Positions 1-8,133 of a stretch of 24,783 bases of DNA are shown here, piece by piece. The DNA is from Sphingobacteriaceae bacterium. GTDB taxonomy: Bacteria > Bacteroidota > Bacteroidia > Sphingobacteriales > Sphingobacteriaceae. The translations under genes and the position numbers were made by a program. Location of the stretch: contig DATGNG010000214.1 in assembly GCA_035306865.1 (NCBI GenBank), positions 1 through 24,783 on the forward strand. Direction: 5' to 3'. The notes beneath the pieces are model-generated. The model was not told where the DNA came from, did no database searches, and was given only the letters and a program-made list of their open reading frames with translations. Every line of letters starts with the position of its first letter. The first letter of the stretch is position 1.

Positions 1-50
1 TTATTGATGACGCAATTGCATCCAGGCCCGTGCTACCAGATATTGAATAA
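1..50 (+). CDS. 3' end of upstream gene, probably DHDPS/DapA-family Delta1-pyrroline-4-hydroxy-2-carboxylate deaminase (partial)
   Basis: Frame from base 3 reads IDDAIASRPVLPDIE* (TAA 48-50), 10 nt before the ALDH start. It resembles the C-terminal ..D.(I/L)A.RP.LP.. tail I recall for Bacteroidota DHDPS-family proteins in hydroxyproline clusters. Only 15 codons are visible, so the call rests largely on context. Confidence 0.5.
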   Translation, partial: IDDAIASRPVLPDIE

Positions 51-60
51 ATGAATCCCA

Positions 61-1539
61 ATGGAAATAAATACAACTATTCAAAGTATAGAGAAATTAG
101 TGCAGGAAGCCCAGAGCGCATTCCCGGTACTAAAGAGTAAAAACATTAAAGAACGGGCTGCGCTAATGCACTTGATTGCCGATGAAATAGAGGCATTGGG
201 TGAGGAGCTGACCAAAACGACCAGTGAAGAAACGAATCTGCCACTGGCCCGATTGCAGGGTGAACAGGCCAGAACTGTCTTTCAGTGGCGGAGTTATGCG
301 GATGGATTGGCTGCTGGAACGGCTCTTCCTGTCCGGATTGACACAGCTGCCCCTGATCGCAATCCCCCCAAACCCGATCTCCGTAAATCTTATGTGCCAT
401 TAGGTATTGTTGTGGTATTTGGGGCAAGTAATTTTCCTTACGCCTATTCAACAGCTGGAGGTGATACGGCATCAGCTATTGCGGCCGGCTGCCCGGTGAT
501 TGTCAAAGCCCATCCTGCCCATCCCCGGACATCCGCGATTATGGGGCAAGCTATTGCAAGGGGTATCCGGAAGGCCGGACTACCTTCAGGCCTGTTCGGA
601 CAGGTTTTTAGTGATGGTTTCGAAGCCGGGAATTTTTTAGTTTCCCATCCCTTGGTCAAGGCTGTTGGATTTACAGGTTCATTGACTGGCGGAAAAGCCT
701 TGTTTGACTTAGCTGCAAGACGTCAGGAACCCATTCCGGTTTTTGCTGAGATGGGTAGTGTCAATCCGGTATTTTTGCTTCCCGGGAAACTTAAGTCATC
801 AGGTGAAGAGCTGGCAGGACAATATATTGCCTCATTGACACTTGGGGTGGGGCAGTTTTGCACCAATCCTGGCGTATTGATGGTGCCGGAAAATGAATAT
901 CTTCCTGATTTTATAGGGGCACTCCGGGAAGCGTTACAAAAGATCGCTCCGGTCCCAATGCTGCATCAGGGTATAGCCAACAATTATCAGAAAAACAAGC
1001 AAAGGATAATCGGTCAGGTAGGGGTGGAGTTGATTGCTTCGGTTGCGCCCGGTGAAAAAATACAGGGAAACCCTGCGTTGGTGAAGGTCAAGGCGCAAAA
1101 TTTTCTTTCCAATGATGTTTTGGCAGAAGAAGTGTTTGGCCCATTCGGAATTCTGGTGACTTATAGTGATCAGCAGGAATTGTTGGCTGTTGCCAGGAAG
1201 TTTAATGGGCAATTGACTGCGTCTTTATTGGCAAATGATGAAGAATTGGGACAGTATGGTGAACTTGTGGATATACTGACCACAAAGTGTGGACGGATAT
1301 TGCACAATGGATTCCCTACCGGGGTCGAAGTTGCTTACGCCATGCAACATGGCGGGCCTTTTCCTGCATCCACTGATAGCCGATTTTCTGCAGTAGGGCC
1401 TGATGCTATACAGCGTTTTGCCCGACCGATTAGTTATCAGAATTGGTCCGATGAGTGGCTACCGGATGAGTTGAAAAACAGTAATCCCCTGGACATTTGG
1501 CGGACGATCAATACCGAATACACAAAAGAGCCAATTTGA
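61..1539 (+). CDS. Aldehyde dehydrogenase (NADP+), alpha-ketoglutarate semialdehyde dehydrogenase (KGSADH) type
   Basis: 492 aa. Motifs FGASNFP, GGDTASA, VKAHPAHP, GFTGS, EMGSVNP (catalytic E230), GQFCTNPG (catalytic C267), EEVFGP and HGGPFPAS are typical of the KGSADH-like ALDH subfamily. Adjacent to a hydroxyproline epimerase. Confidence 0.9.
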   Translation: MEINTTIQSIEKLVQEAQSAFPVLKSKNIKERAALMHLIADEIEALGEELTKTTSEETNLPLARLQGEQARTVFQWRSYADGLAAGTALPVRIDTAAPDRNPPKPDLRKSYVPLGIVVVFGASNFPYAYSTAGGDTASAIAAGCPVIVKAHPAHPRTSAIMGQAIARGIRKAGLPSGLFGQVFSDGFEAGNFLVSHPLVKAVGFTGSLTGGKALFDLAARRQEPIPVFAEMGSVNPVFLLPGKLKSSGEELAGQYIASLTLGVGQFCTNPGVLMVPENEYLPDFIGALREALQKIAPVPMLHQGIANNYQKNKQRIIGQVGVELIASVAPGEKIQGNPALVKVKAQNFLSNDVLAEEVFGPFGILVTYSDQQELLAVARKFNGQLTASLLANDEELGQYGELVDILTTKCGRILHNGFPTGVEVAYAMQHGGPFPASTDSRFSAVGPDAIQRFARPISYQNWSDEWLPDELKNSNPLDIWRTINTEYTKEPI

Positions 1540-1560
1540 AAACAAAATAAACTCTAAGCA

Positions 1561-2568
1561 ATGAAGAGGACATTTTCCTGTATTGACGCTCATACCTGTG
1601 GCAATCCGGTCAGACTGGTTTCTGGTGGAGGTCCCAATTTGGTTGGAAATTCCATGATGGAACGACGTTTACATTTTCTGGCAGAATACGATTGGATACG
1701 CAAGGGATTGATGTTTGAACCACGTGGCCATGATATGATGAGCGGTAGTATTTTATACCCCCCTATTGATCCGGAGAATGACGTTGGGGTGCTCTACATT
1801 GAAACCAGCGGGTGTTTACCCATGTGTGGCCATGGCACAATTGGCACGGTAACGATCGCAATCGAAGAGGGTTTGGTGATCCCTAAAATTCCGGGTAAGC
1901 TCCGGCTGGAAACTCCTGCGGGATTGGTTTTGGTAGATTACATGCAGGAGGGCAAAAAAGTCAAATCAGTAAAATTGACCAATATAAAATCTTTTCTGGA
2001 AGCAGAAGGGCTGACAGTAGAATGCCCGGATCTGGGAACCTTGACAGTGGACGTGGCTTATGGTGGTAATTTTTATGCCATCATTGATCCTCAGGAAAAT
2101 TTCAAGGGGATGGAACACTATCATGCAGATCAATTGATCGCATGGAGCAGAGTATGCCGCCAACGCCTCAATGAAAAGTATAGTTTTTTCCATCCGGAAG
2201 ATAAAAACATCAATGGACTGAGCCATATACAATGGACTGGTAAGCCTTTGGACCCTTCTTCAACAGCACGGAATGCGGTGTTTTACGGAGATAAAGCAAT
2301 CGATCGTTCTCCTTGTGGAACAGGTACTTCGGCTCGTATGGCCCAGTGGCACGCGAAAGGAAAGCTCAAGCAAGGGGAGGCTTTTGTCCATGAGAGTATC
2401 ATTGGGTCAAAATTCACAGGTAAGGTGGAACAGGTAGTTGAAAACGCTTTTGGCGATGGACGCCCGGCCATTATACCCAGTATTGAAGGTTGGGCAATGA
2501 TCACAGGTTATAATACTATTTTTATTGATGATGACGATCCGTATGCACATGGATTCCAAGTATTGTGA
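1561..2568 (+). CDS. 4-hydroxyproline 2-epimerase (proline racemase family)
   Basis: 335 aa. Motifs IDAHTCGNPVR, EPRGHDMMSG, GCLPMCGHG (C89), VDVAYGGNFY and DRSPCGTGT (C252). The Cys/Cys pair indicates an epimerase/racemase rather than a Cys/Thr dehydratase. Confidence 0.9.
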   Translation: MKRTFSCIDAHTCGNPVRLVSGGGPNLVGNSMMERRLHFLAEYDWIRKGLMFEPRGHDMMSGSILYPPIDPENDVGVLYIETSGCLPMCGHGTIGTVTIAIEEGLVIPKIPGKLRLETPAGLVLVDYMQEGKKVKSVKLTNIKSFLEAEGLTVECPDLGTLTVDVAYGGNFYAIIDPQENFKGMEHYHADQLIAWSRVCRQRLNEKYSFFHPEDKNINGLSHIQWTGKPLDPSSTARNAVFYGDKAIDRSPCGTGTSARMAQWHAKGKLKQGEAFVHESIIGSKFTGKVEQVVENAFGDGRPAIIPSIEGWAMITGYNTIFIDDDDPYAHGFQVL

Positions 2569-3814
2569 TAAGGTATTGGTGATCGGAGGCGGCATTGCTG
2601 GTTTGGCCTCTGCTTATTACCTTGCAAAAAGCGGGCGGCAAGTGACCCTAATAGAGAGAGGAGACTTGACGGATGGTTGTTCCTTTGGCAATGCGGGCAT
2701 GATTGTCCCCAGCCATTTTACCCCCATGGCAGCTCCGGGAATTGTCTCGCAGGGTATCAAATGGATGTTTGATCGAAAAAGCCCATTTTATGTCAAGCCT
2801 TCCCTCAATTGGTCACTATTGACTTGGGGAATGCGATTCCTGCAACACGCCAATGAAAAGCATGTGCTCCGAGCGTCTCCGGCATTAAAGGACCTGCATC
2901 TTTATAGTAGCCAGCTTTATGATCAATTGGCGACTGAATTAAGTACGGATTTCGACCTGCAACACAAGGGGATTTTGATGCTGTACAAAACAGGCAGTAC
3001 TGAAGAGGAGGAGATTCATTTGGCCAATCGTGCCAGAGATATGGGGCTGGATGTTGCCGTGCTGAACAAAGACGAGGTTCAGGCGCTCGAACCCGGTGTC
3101 AAGCTGGATGTGCTGGGTGCAGTTCATTATAAGTGTGACGGACACTTGTATCCACCTGCACTGATACAAACACTCATCTCAGAATTGAAGAAAATGGGAG
3201 TGGAGTTGCAGACGGGAGTACAGGTAGAAGGTTTTGACTTGAAAGCTGGTCGTATTGAGAAAACCTATCTGTCTGATGGAAGGCAAATTCAAGCAAATCA
3301 AATTGTGCTGACCGGTGGAGCCTGGATGGGCAATTTAGCTCGAAAGGTCAATTTATCGATACCCATCATGCCGGGGAAGGGATATTCCTTTTTGACCGAT
3401 GTTTTTGAAGGAAAAGTACAGCATCCTGCATTGCTAATGGAGGCAAGGGTGGCATTGACGCCCATGGGAGGCAAGGTTCGTATCGGAGGCACTATGGAGC
3501 TCGCTCCCATCGATCATCAGATCAATTTGAATAGAGTGGAAGGGATTGTAAAGGCGGTTGGCTCTTATTATCCTGAGTACAACTTGAATATGCCCGAAAA
3601 GAAAGACATATGGTTTGGTTTCCGGCCCTGCTCACCGGATGGATTGCCTTATCTCGGGTATTCCAGAAAGGTATCCAATTTAGTGCTGGCTGGAGGTTTG
3701 GGAATGATGGGATTGAGCCTTGGACCTGCCATAGGACAGAGTGTCGCAGATCTGATCAATGGCAAAACACTACAGGCTGATATACAAATTTTCGATCCCG
3801 AACGGTTTAATTGA
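2549..3814 (+). CDS. FAD-dependent D-amino acid dehydrogenase (DadA/DAO family), probable cis-4-hydroxy-D-proline dehydrogenase
   Basis: N-terminal VIGGGIAG Rossmann motif, SFGNAG, KGYS, GGTME, GFRPCSPDGLPYLG, GLSLGP and C-terminal FDPERF. Start moved from the track's TTG 2525 to ATG 2549 (MDSKYCDKVLV), which overlaps the epimerase end by 20 nt. Substrate inferred from context. Confidence 0.8.
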   Translation: MDSKYCDKVLVIGGGIAGLASAYYLAKSGRQVTLIERGDLTDGCSFGNAGMIVPSHFTPMAAPGIVSQGIKWMFDRKSPFYVKPSLNWSLLTWGMRFLQHANEKHVLRASPALKDLHLYSSQLYDQLATELSTDFDLQHKGILMLYKTGSTEEEEIHLANRARDMGLDVAVLNKDEVQALEPGVKLDVLGAVHYKCDGHLYPPALIQTLISELKKMGVELQTGVQVEGFDLKAGRIEKTYLSDGRQIQANQIVLTGGAWMGNLARKVNLSIPIMPGKGYSFLTDVFEGKVQHPALLMEARVALTPMGGKVRIGGTMELAPIDHQINLNRVEGIVKAVGSYYPEYNLNMPEKKDIWFGFRPCSPDGLPYLGYSRKVSNLVLAGGLGMMGLSLGPAIGQSVADLINGKTLQADIQIFDPERFN

Positions 3815-3844
3815 TTGTTTTACGGAATACTTTAATTGTTTGAT

Positions 3845-4783
3845 ATGTTGTTTATTGATGATGATAGGATCAGAGAAGCGTTGGATTACCCCCAATTGAT
3901 AGAGGCGCTCAGAAAAATATTTCTTTCTGAATACACTATGAAACTGCGTCACCATCATTTTTATCAAAGTGAATCTGGTTCTGAGAATGCTTTGATTCTG
4001 ATGCCCGTTTGGAATAAAGAGTTTATGGGCATCAAGCAAGTGATTGTTGCTCCGGACAACCACAAGATAGGATTGCCTTCAATTTCTGCTCAATATACAT
4101 TGTTGGACACACAAACTGGAAGGGTTTTGGCCCTAATGAATGCTACTGAGCTTACCGCAAGACGTACTGCCTGCACTTCTGCACTTGCTGCTTCTTATTT
4201 AGCACCGTTAGACGCCAGTGATCTGTTGGTAGTAGGTGGAGGAAGTGTGGCAAAGCATTTGGTTCAAGCACACAATGTTGTGAGAAACTATACGAATATC
4301 AAAGTATGGATGCGAAATCCTGATAAGAAGCAAGTTTTTGTAAAGGAATTGCAGGATCAAGGATATTCGGTTGAGGCAGCTGAAGATTTGGAGGTTGCGG
4401 TCAAACAAGCGGATGTAATCTCCTGTGCGACCCTTTCAGCCGATCCTATCATAAAGGGAAGCTGGATCAAAAAGGGAACCCATCTCGACCTGATCGGTTC
4501 ACATAAACCAGATACCAGAGAGGTAGATGATGAAGCCATAAGCAGGGCAGCGGTATTTGTTGACTCTCGGATGGGAGCGCTGCATGAGACAGGTGAATTG
4601 GCCATCCCGATCGCTTCAGGATTGCTGAAAGAAGAAGATGTGCTGGCCGATATTACTCAATTGGTGAGCGGGCAGCACCCGGGCAGGAGAAATAAAGAGG
4701 AAATTACATTATTTAAGTCTGCGGGTCTCGCGGTTGAAGATTTGGCAGCGGCACTTTTGGTCTATCAAACCGTAGTGGGATAA
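3845..4783 (+). CDS. Ornithine cyclodeaminase / mu-crystallin family protein (candidate Delta1-pyrroline-2-carboxylate / imine reductase)
   Basis: Motifs LILMPVW, ELTARRTACTSALA, VGGGSVA, ADVISCAT, HLDLIGS and ITLFKSAGLAVEDLAAA. ATG 3845 preferred over the track's TTG 3836, giving 312 aa. Confidence 0.85.
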   Translation: MLFIDDDRIREALDYPQLIEALRKIFLSEYTMKLRHHHFYQSESGSENALILMPVWNKEFMGIKQVIVAPDNHKIGLPSISAQYTLLDTQTGRVLALMNATELTARRTACTSALAASYLAPLDASDLLVVGGGSVAKHLVQAHNVVRNYTNIKVWMRNPDKKQVFVKELQDQGYSVEAAEDLEVAVKQADVISCATLSADPIIKGSWIKKGTHLDLIGSHKPDTREVDDEAISRAAVFVDSRMGALHETGELAIPIASGLLKEEDVLADITQLVSGQHPGRRNKEEITLFKSAGLAVEDLAAALLVYQTVVG

Positions 4784-4875
4784 GAAATACAGACTGCAAC
4801 GATATTTTTACTGTAAAATGGGTTATTTGGGATACGGAAGCACGGCTCTGCTAAGGTTCTATGTTGATTATAACT

Positions 4876-4883
4876 TATATTTG
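4876..4883 (+). promoter_or_regulatory. Bacteroidota housekeeping promoter -7 element upstream of the DUF885-APC-S9 genes
   Basis: TATATTTG matches TAnnTTTG, 68 nt before ATG 4952. No clean -33 TTTG at the canonical spacing. Confidence 0.5.
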
Positions 4884-4951
4884 CTTTTATCGAAGGGTTC
4901 GCACGGACTATTCGAAATGAATATTAAAAAACCATTTATATACCAATCAAT

Positions 4952-6724
4952 ATGATGAAAAAAATTATTTCAATTTTTTTAAGCTGTGGATTCTTTGCGG
5001 TAACCACCAATGCACAGCCCTCTGCCAATATTGACAAGCTTTATGAACAAGCCAGTGAAGTTTCCGGTTTGGTCGTAAAATATGCCAATGACGCAGGCGC
5101 AATCCAATATTTTTATGGCCCCATGACTGCTGGCTTTGGTGGCCGTGGTGGGGGAGGAGTAAATTCGCCCGAACAACTGGAGCGCTTGATGAAGCTAAAT
5201 CAATCGTATCTGGATGAGTTGAAAAAGTTAGATTTCAATAGTTACAGTATCCATGGAAAAGTGGATTATGTGTTGTTGAAATCGAGGATTGAACGTCAAC
5301 AGGAAAGTTTGAAGCGTCAAAAGGAGACTTATTCCAAGATTGCAGGCTATTTACCATTTGCACAAACTATCTATGATTTTGAAAAGAATCGTAGGAGAGG
5401 GACCTCTGTGGATGGGGAACAGATTGCTGGTGAGTTGCATCAGGCTACGCTCGAATTGCAACAGATCAGTGGAAAACTGAAAGCTGAAAAAGAGATTGAT
5501 TCTGAACTTGCCGATTATCTGGATGCGACTGTGCGGGATTTGAGAAATAGGCTTCAAAGCGCTTTCAATTTTTATAATGGTTATGAGCCCCTGTTTACGT
5601 GGTGGGTACCGGAGCCCTTTAAGGCACTGGACAAGGAATTAGAAAATTATGTAACCCTGGTGCGTTCCAAAAGTGATGCAAAAGTGTTTGACGATGGTTC
5701 GAACATAGGAGGGAAACCAATTGGCAGGGAGGAAATGACCCGGCAATTGTTGGATGAAATGATTCCATACTCACCCGATGATCTGCTGCGTTTGGCCGAA
5801 CAGGAATTTGCCTGGTGTGAGGCTGAGTTGCTAAAAGCTTCTCGGGAAATGGGTTTTGGAGATGACTGGAAAGCTGCACAAGAGCAAGTCAAGAACTCTT
5901 ACGTTGCTCCCGGAAAACAACCCGAAACCATAATAGAACTTAATCAGGCCGCTATCGACTTTATCAATGAGCGGGATTTGCTCACCATGCCTGATCTGTC
6001 ACATGAAACCTGGGGTATGGTGATGATGACCCCACAACAGCAGGAAGTAAGTCCCTTCTTTTTGGGAGGGCGTAATATTATGATCGCTTACCCCACCAAT
6101 GAGATGAGCCATGAGCGCAAGCTGATGAGTATGCGTGGTAATAACCCCTTTTTCTCCAGAGGAATAGTGCAGCACGAATTGGTACCGGGCCATCACTTAC
6201 AATATTTTATGAATAGCCGTTACAAAGCTTATAGGGGAGAAAATTTCAGAACTCCTTTTTGGACAGAAGGATGGACCTTGTACTGGGAATTGTTGTTGTA
6301 CGATTTGGGCTTCCCCAAAACTCCGGAAGAGCGTATCGGTATGTTGTTCTGGCGCATGCATCGTTGTGCACGGATCACGTTTTCTATCAAATACCACCTC
6401 GGTGAATGGACTCCTCAGCAATGTATTGACTATCTGGTAGATCGGGTCGGCCACGAACCGTCCACTGCACATGGTGAAGTGAAGCGTTCCTTTGAAGGAA
6501 ATTATGGCCCGCTTTATCAGTTGGCTTATCTGGTGGGCGGATTGCAGGTTTGGAGCCTCAAACATGAATTGGTGGACAGTGGACGCATGCCGATCAAGGA
6601 ATTCCACGATCGCTTTATGAAGGAAAACTACATGCCGATTGAGATGTTGCGTGCCACACTGACCAATCAGAATATCAGTCGGGACTTCAAGAGCAGCTGG
6701 AAGTTTTATGACTTCAAAAACTAG
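4952..6724 (+). CDS. DUF885 family exported protein, putative zinc metallopeptidase
   Basis: 590 aa. Sec-type signal peptide (MKKIISIFLSCGFFAVTTNA/Q), DUF885 hallmarks HELVPGHHLQ (H408-H415) and downstream WTEGW (E439), plus LFWRMHRCAR and EVKRS..YQLAY. Confidence 0.85.
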   Translation: MMKKIISIFLSCGFFAVTTNAQPSANIDKLYEQASEVSGLVVKYANDAGAIQYFYGPMTAGFGGRGGGGVNSPEQLERLMKLNQSYLDELKKLDFNSYSIHGKVDYVLLKSRIERQQESLKRQKETYSKIAGYLPFAQTIYDFEKNRRRGTSVDGEQIAGELHQATLELQQISGKLKAEKEIDSELADYLDATVRDLRNRLQSAFNFYNGYEPLFTWWVPEPFKALDKELENYVTLVRSKSDAKVFDDGSNIGGKPIGREEMTRQLLDEMIPYSPDDLLRLAEQEFAWCEAELLKASREMGFGDDWKAAQEQVKNSYVAPGKQPETIIELNQAAIDFINERDLLTMPDLSHETWGMVMMTPQQQEVSPFFLGGRNIMIAYPTNEMSHERKLMSMRGNNPFFSRGIVQHELVPGHHLQYFMNSRYKAYRGENFRTPFWTEGWTLYWELLLYDLGFPKTPEERIGMLFWRMHRCARITFSIKYHLGEWTPQQCIDYLVDRVGHEPSTAHGEVKRSFEGNYGPLYQLAYLVGGLQVWSLKHELVDSGRMPIKEFHDRFMKENYMPIEMLRATLTNQNISRDFKSSWKFYDFKN

Positions 6725-8111
6725 TGGGTTTAAAGCCTCGCTGACACTGACAGACGCAACGATGTTGGTGGCCGGGAGCATGATCGGCTCCGGTATTTTT
6801 ATTGTGAGCGCGGATATTGCGCGCAATACAGGAAGTGCCGGGTGGTTGATGCTCGTCTGGGCAATTACCGGATTCATGACCTTAACTGCAGCATTGAGTT
6901 ACGGAGAGCTGAGCTCTATGTTTCCCAGGGCAGGAGGGCAATATGTTTATTTGAAAGAAGCATATAACCCTTTGGTCAGTTTTGTGTTTGGCTGGACCTT
7001 CTTTACCATTATCCAAACGGCTACTATTGCCGCGGTAGGAGTGGCGTTTGCTAAGTTTACTGCCTATCTGATACCTCAACTTGATGAGGATATAATCGTA
7101 GCTGACCTTGGTTTTCTGCAAATTTCCTCAGCACAACTGGTATCTATAGCGGTTATCCTTCTTTTGACCATTGTCAATACCCGTGGGGTCAATTCTGGCA
7201 AGACAGTACAAACTTTTTTCACCTTTGTCAAAATCGCCAGTTTGCTTGGTTTGGTGCTGTTTGGGTTCTTTGCTTTTAATCCTGAAGTTTGGCAAAACAA
7301 CTGGAGTGGAGGCAATGCATGGAATCTCCGACACCTTTCTGTTGATGGTACACTTAGCGATTATACGCTGTTTGCCGCACTGGGAGCGGTTGCTGCCGGG
7401 ATGGTGGGTGCGATTTTCAGTAGTGATTCCTGGCACAGCTCTTCCTCAGTGGCTGCAGAAATCAAAAATCCAAGCCGCAATGTGGGCCTGAGCCTGGCAT
7501 TGGGAACGATAATAGTGACTGTAGTCTATTTGTTGACTAACCTTATGTACACTGGTGTAGTGTCCATGGAAGAAATGGCAGCAGCGGACAAAGACCGGGT
7601 CGCCATTACTGTTGCCCAGCAAATATTCGGTCCTGTTGGAATAACTGTGATAGCTGTTATGATAATGGTTTCGACCTTCGGTTGTAACAATGGTTTGATC
7701 ATGGCTGGTGCAAGGGTTTATTATTCCATGGCTGAGGACGGTCTGTTTTTCAAGAAGGTAGGGACGCTCAATAAATTCTCCGTACCAGCAGTAGCTCTTT
7801 GGTTGCAATGCCTTATTGCTTCGATCTGGAGCCTAAGTGGGAAATACGGGGATCTACTGGATATGATTTCTATGGTGGTCGTCATTTTCTACGTATTGGC
7901 TATTATTGGAATCTTTAAACTACGTAAGACAAGACCAGATCTGCCCCGGCCCTATAAAGCATTTGGCTATCCGGTATTGCCGTTTATTTATATACTGATG
8001 GGAACCGCCTTTTGTGTGTTGATGGTTATTTATAAACCGGATTATACTTGGCCGGGGATTGTGATTGCTTCATTGGGTATTCCGGTGTATTACCTGATCA
8101 AAAGAAAATAA
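6708..8111 (+). CDS. APC superfamily amino acid permease
   Basis: 467 aa with many hydrophobic segments. Motifs GSMIGSGIF, SYGELSSMFPRAGGQYVYL, AEIKNPSRN, GARVYYSMAEDGLFF and PRPYKAFGYP. Overlaps the DUF885 stop by 17 nt. Confidence 0.92.
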   Translation: MTSKTSGFKASLTLTDATMLVAGSMIGSGIFIVSADIARNTGSAGWLMLVWAITGFMTLTAALSYGELSSMFPRAGGQYVYLKEAYNPLVSFVFGWTFFTIIQTATIAAVGVAFAKFTAYLIPQLDEDIIVADLGFLQISSAQLVSIAVILLLTIVNTRGVNSGKTVQTFFTFVKIASLLGLVLFGFFAFNPEVWQNNWSGGNAWNLRHLSVDGTLSDYTLFAALGAVAAGMVGAIFSSDSWHSSSSVAAEIKNPSRNVGLSLALGTIIVTVVYLLTNLMYTGVVSMEEMAAADKDRVAITVAQQIFGPVGITVIAVMIMVSTFGCNNGLIMAGARVYYSMAEDGLFFKKVGTLNKFSVPAVALWLQCLIASIWSLSGKYGDLLDMISMVVVIFYVLAIIGIFKLRKTRPDLPRPYKAFGYPVLPFIYILMGTAFCVLMVIYKPDYTWPGIVIASLGIPVYYLIKRK

Positions 8112-8133
8112 GTACAGTAAAACCTCCTAAATT

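Noticed and set aside
1716-1731. CCACGTGG core resembling parS
   Set aside because: Flanks (TGAACCACGTGGCCAT) do not match TGTTTCACGTGAAACA and the site is inside the epimerase gene. No convincing parS was seen by eye, but a motif scan is needed to exclude one.
4884-4951. Riboswitch or attenuator in the DUF885 leader
   Set aside because: Only a 4-bp CGAA/TTCG hairpin is present, with no recognisable aptamer, terminator or leader peptide.
6197-6877. 226-aa minus-strand ORF
   Set aside because: Antisense shadow of DUF885/APC with no recognisable motif. The same applies to 13789-14250, 22485-23054 and the other short overlapping ORFs in the track.
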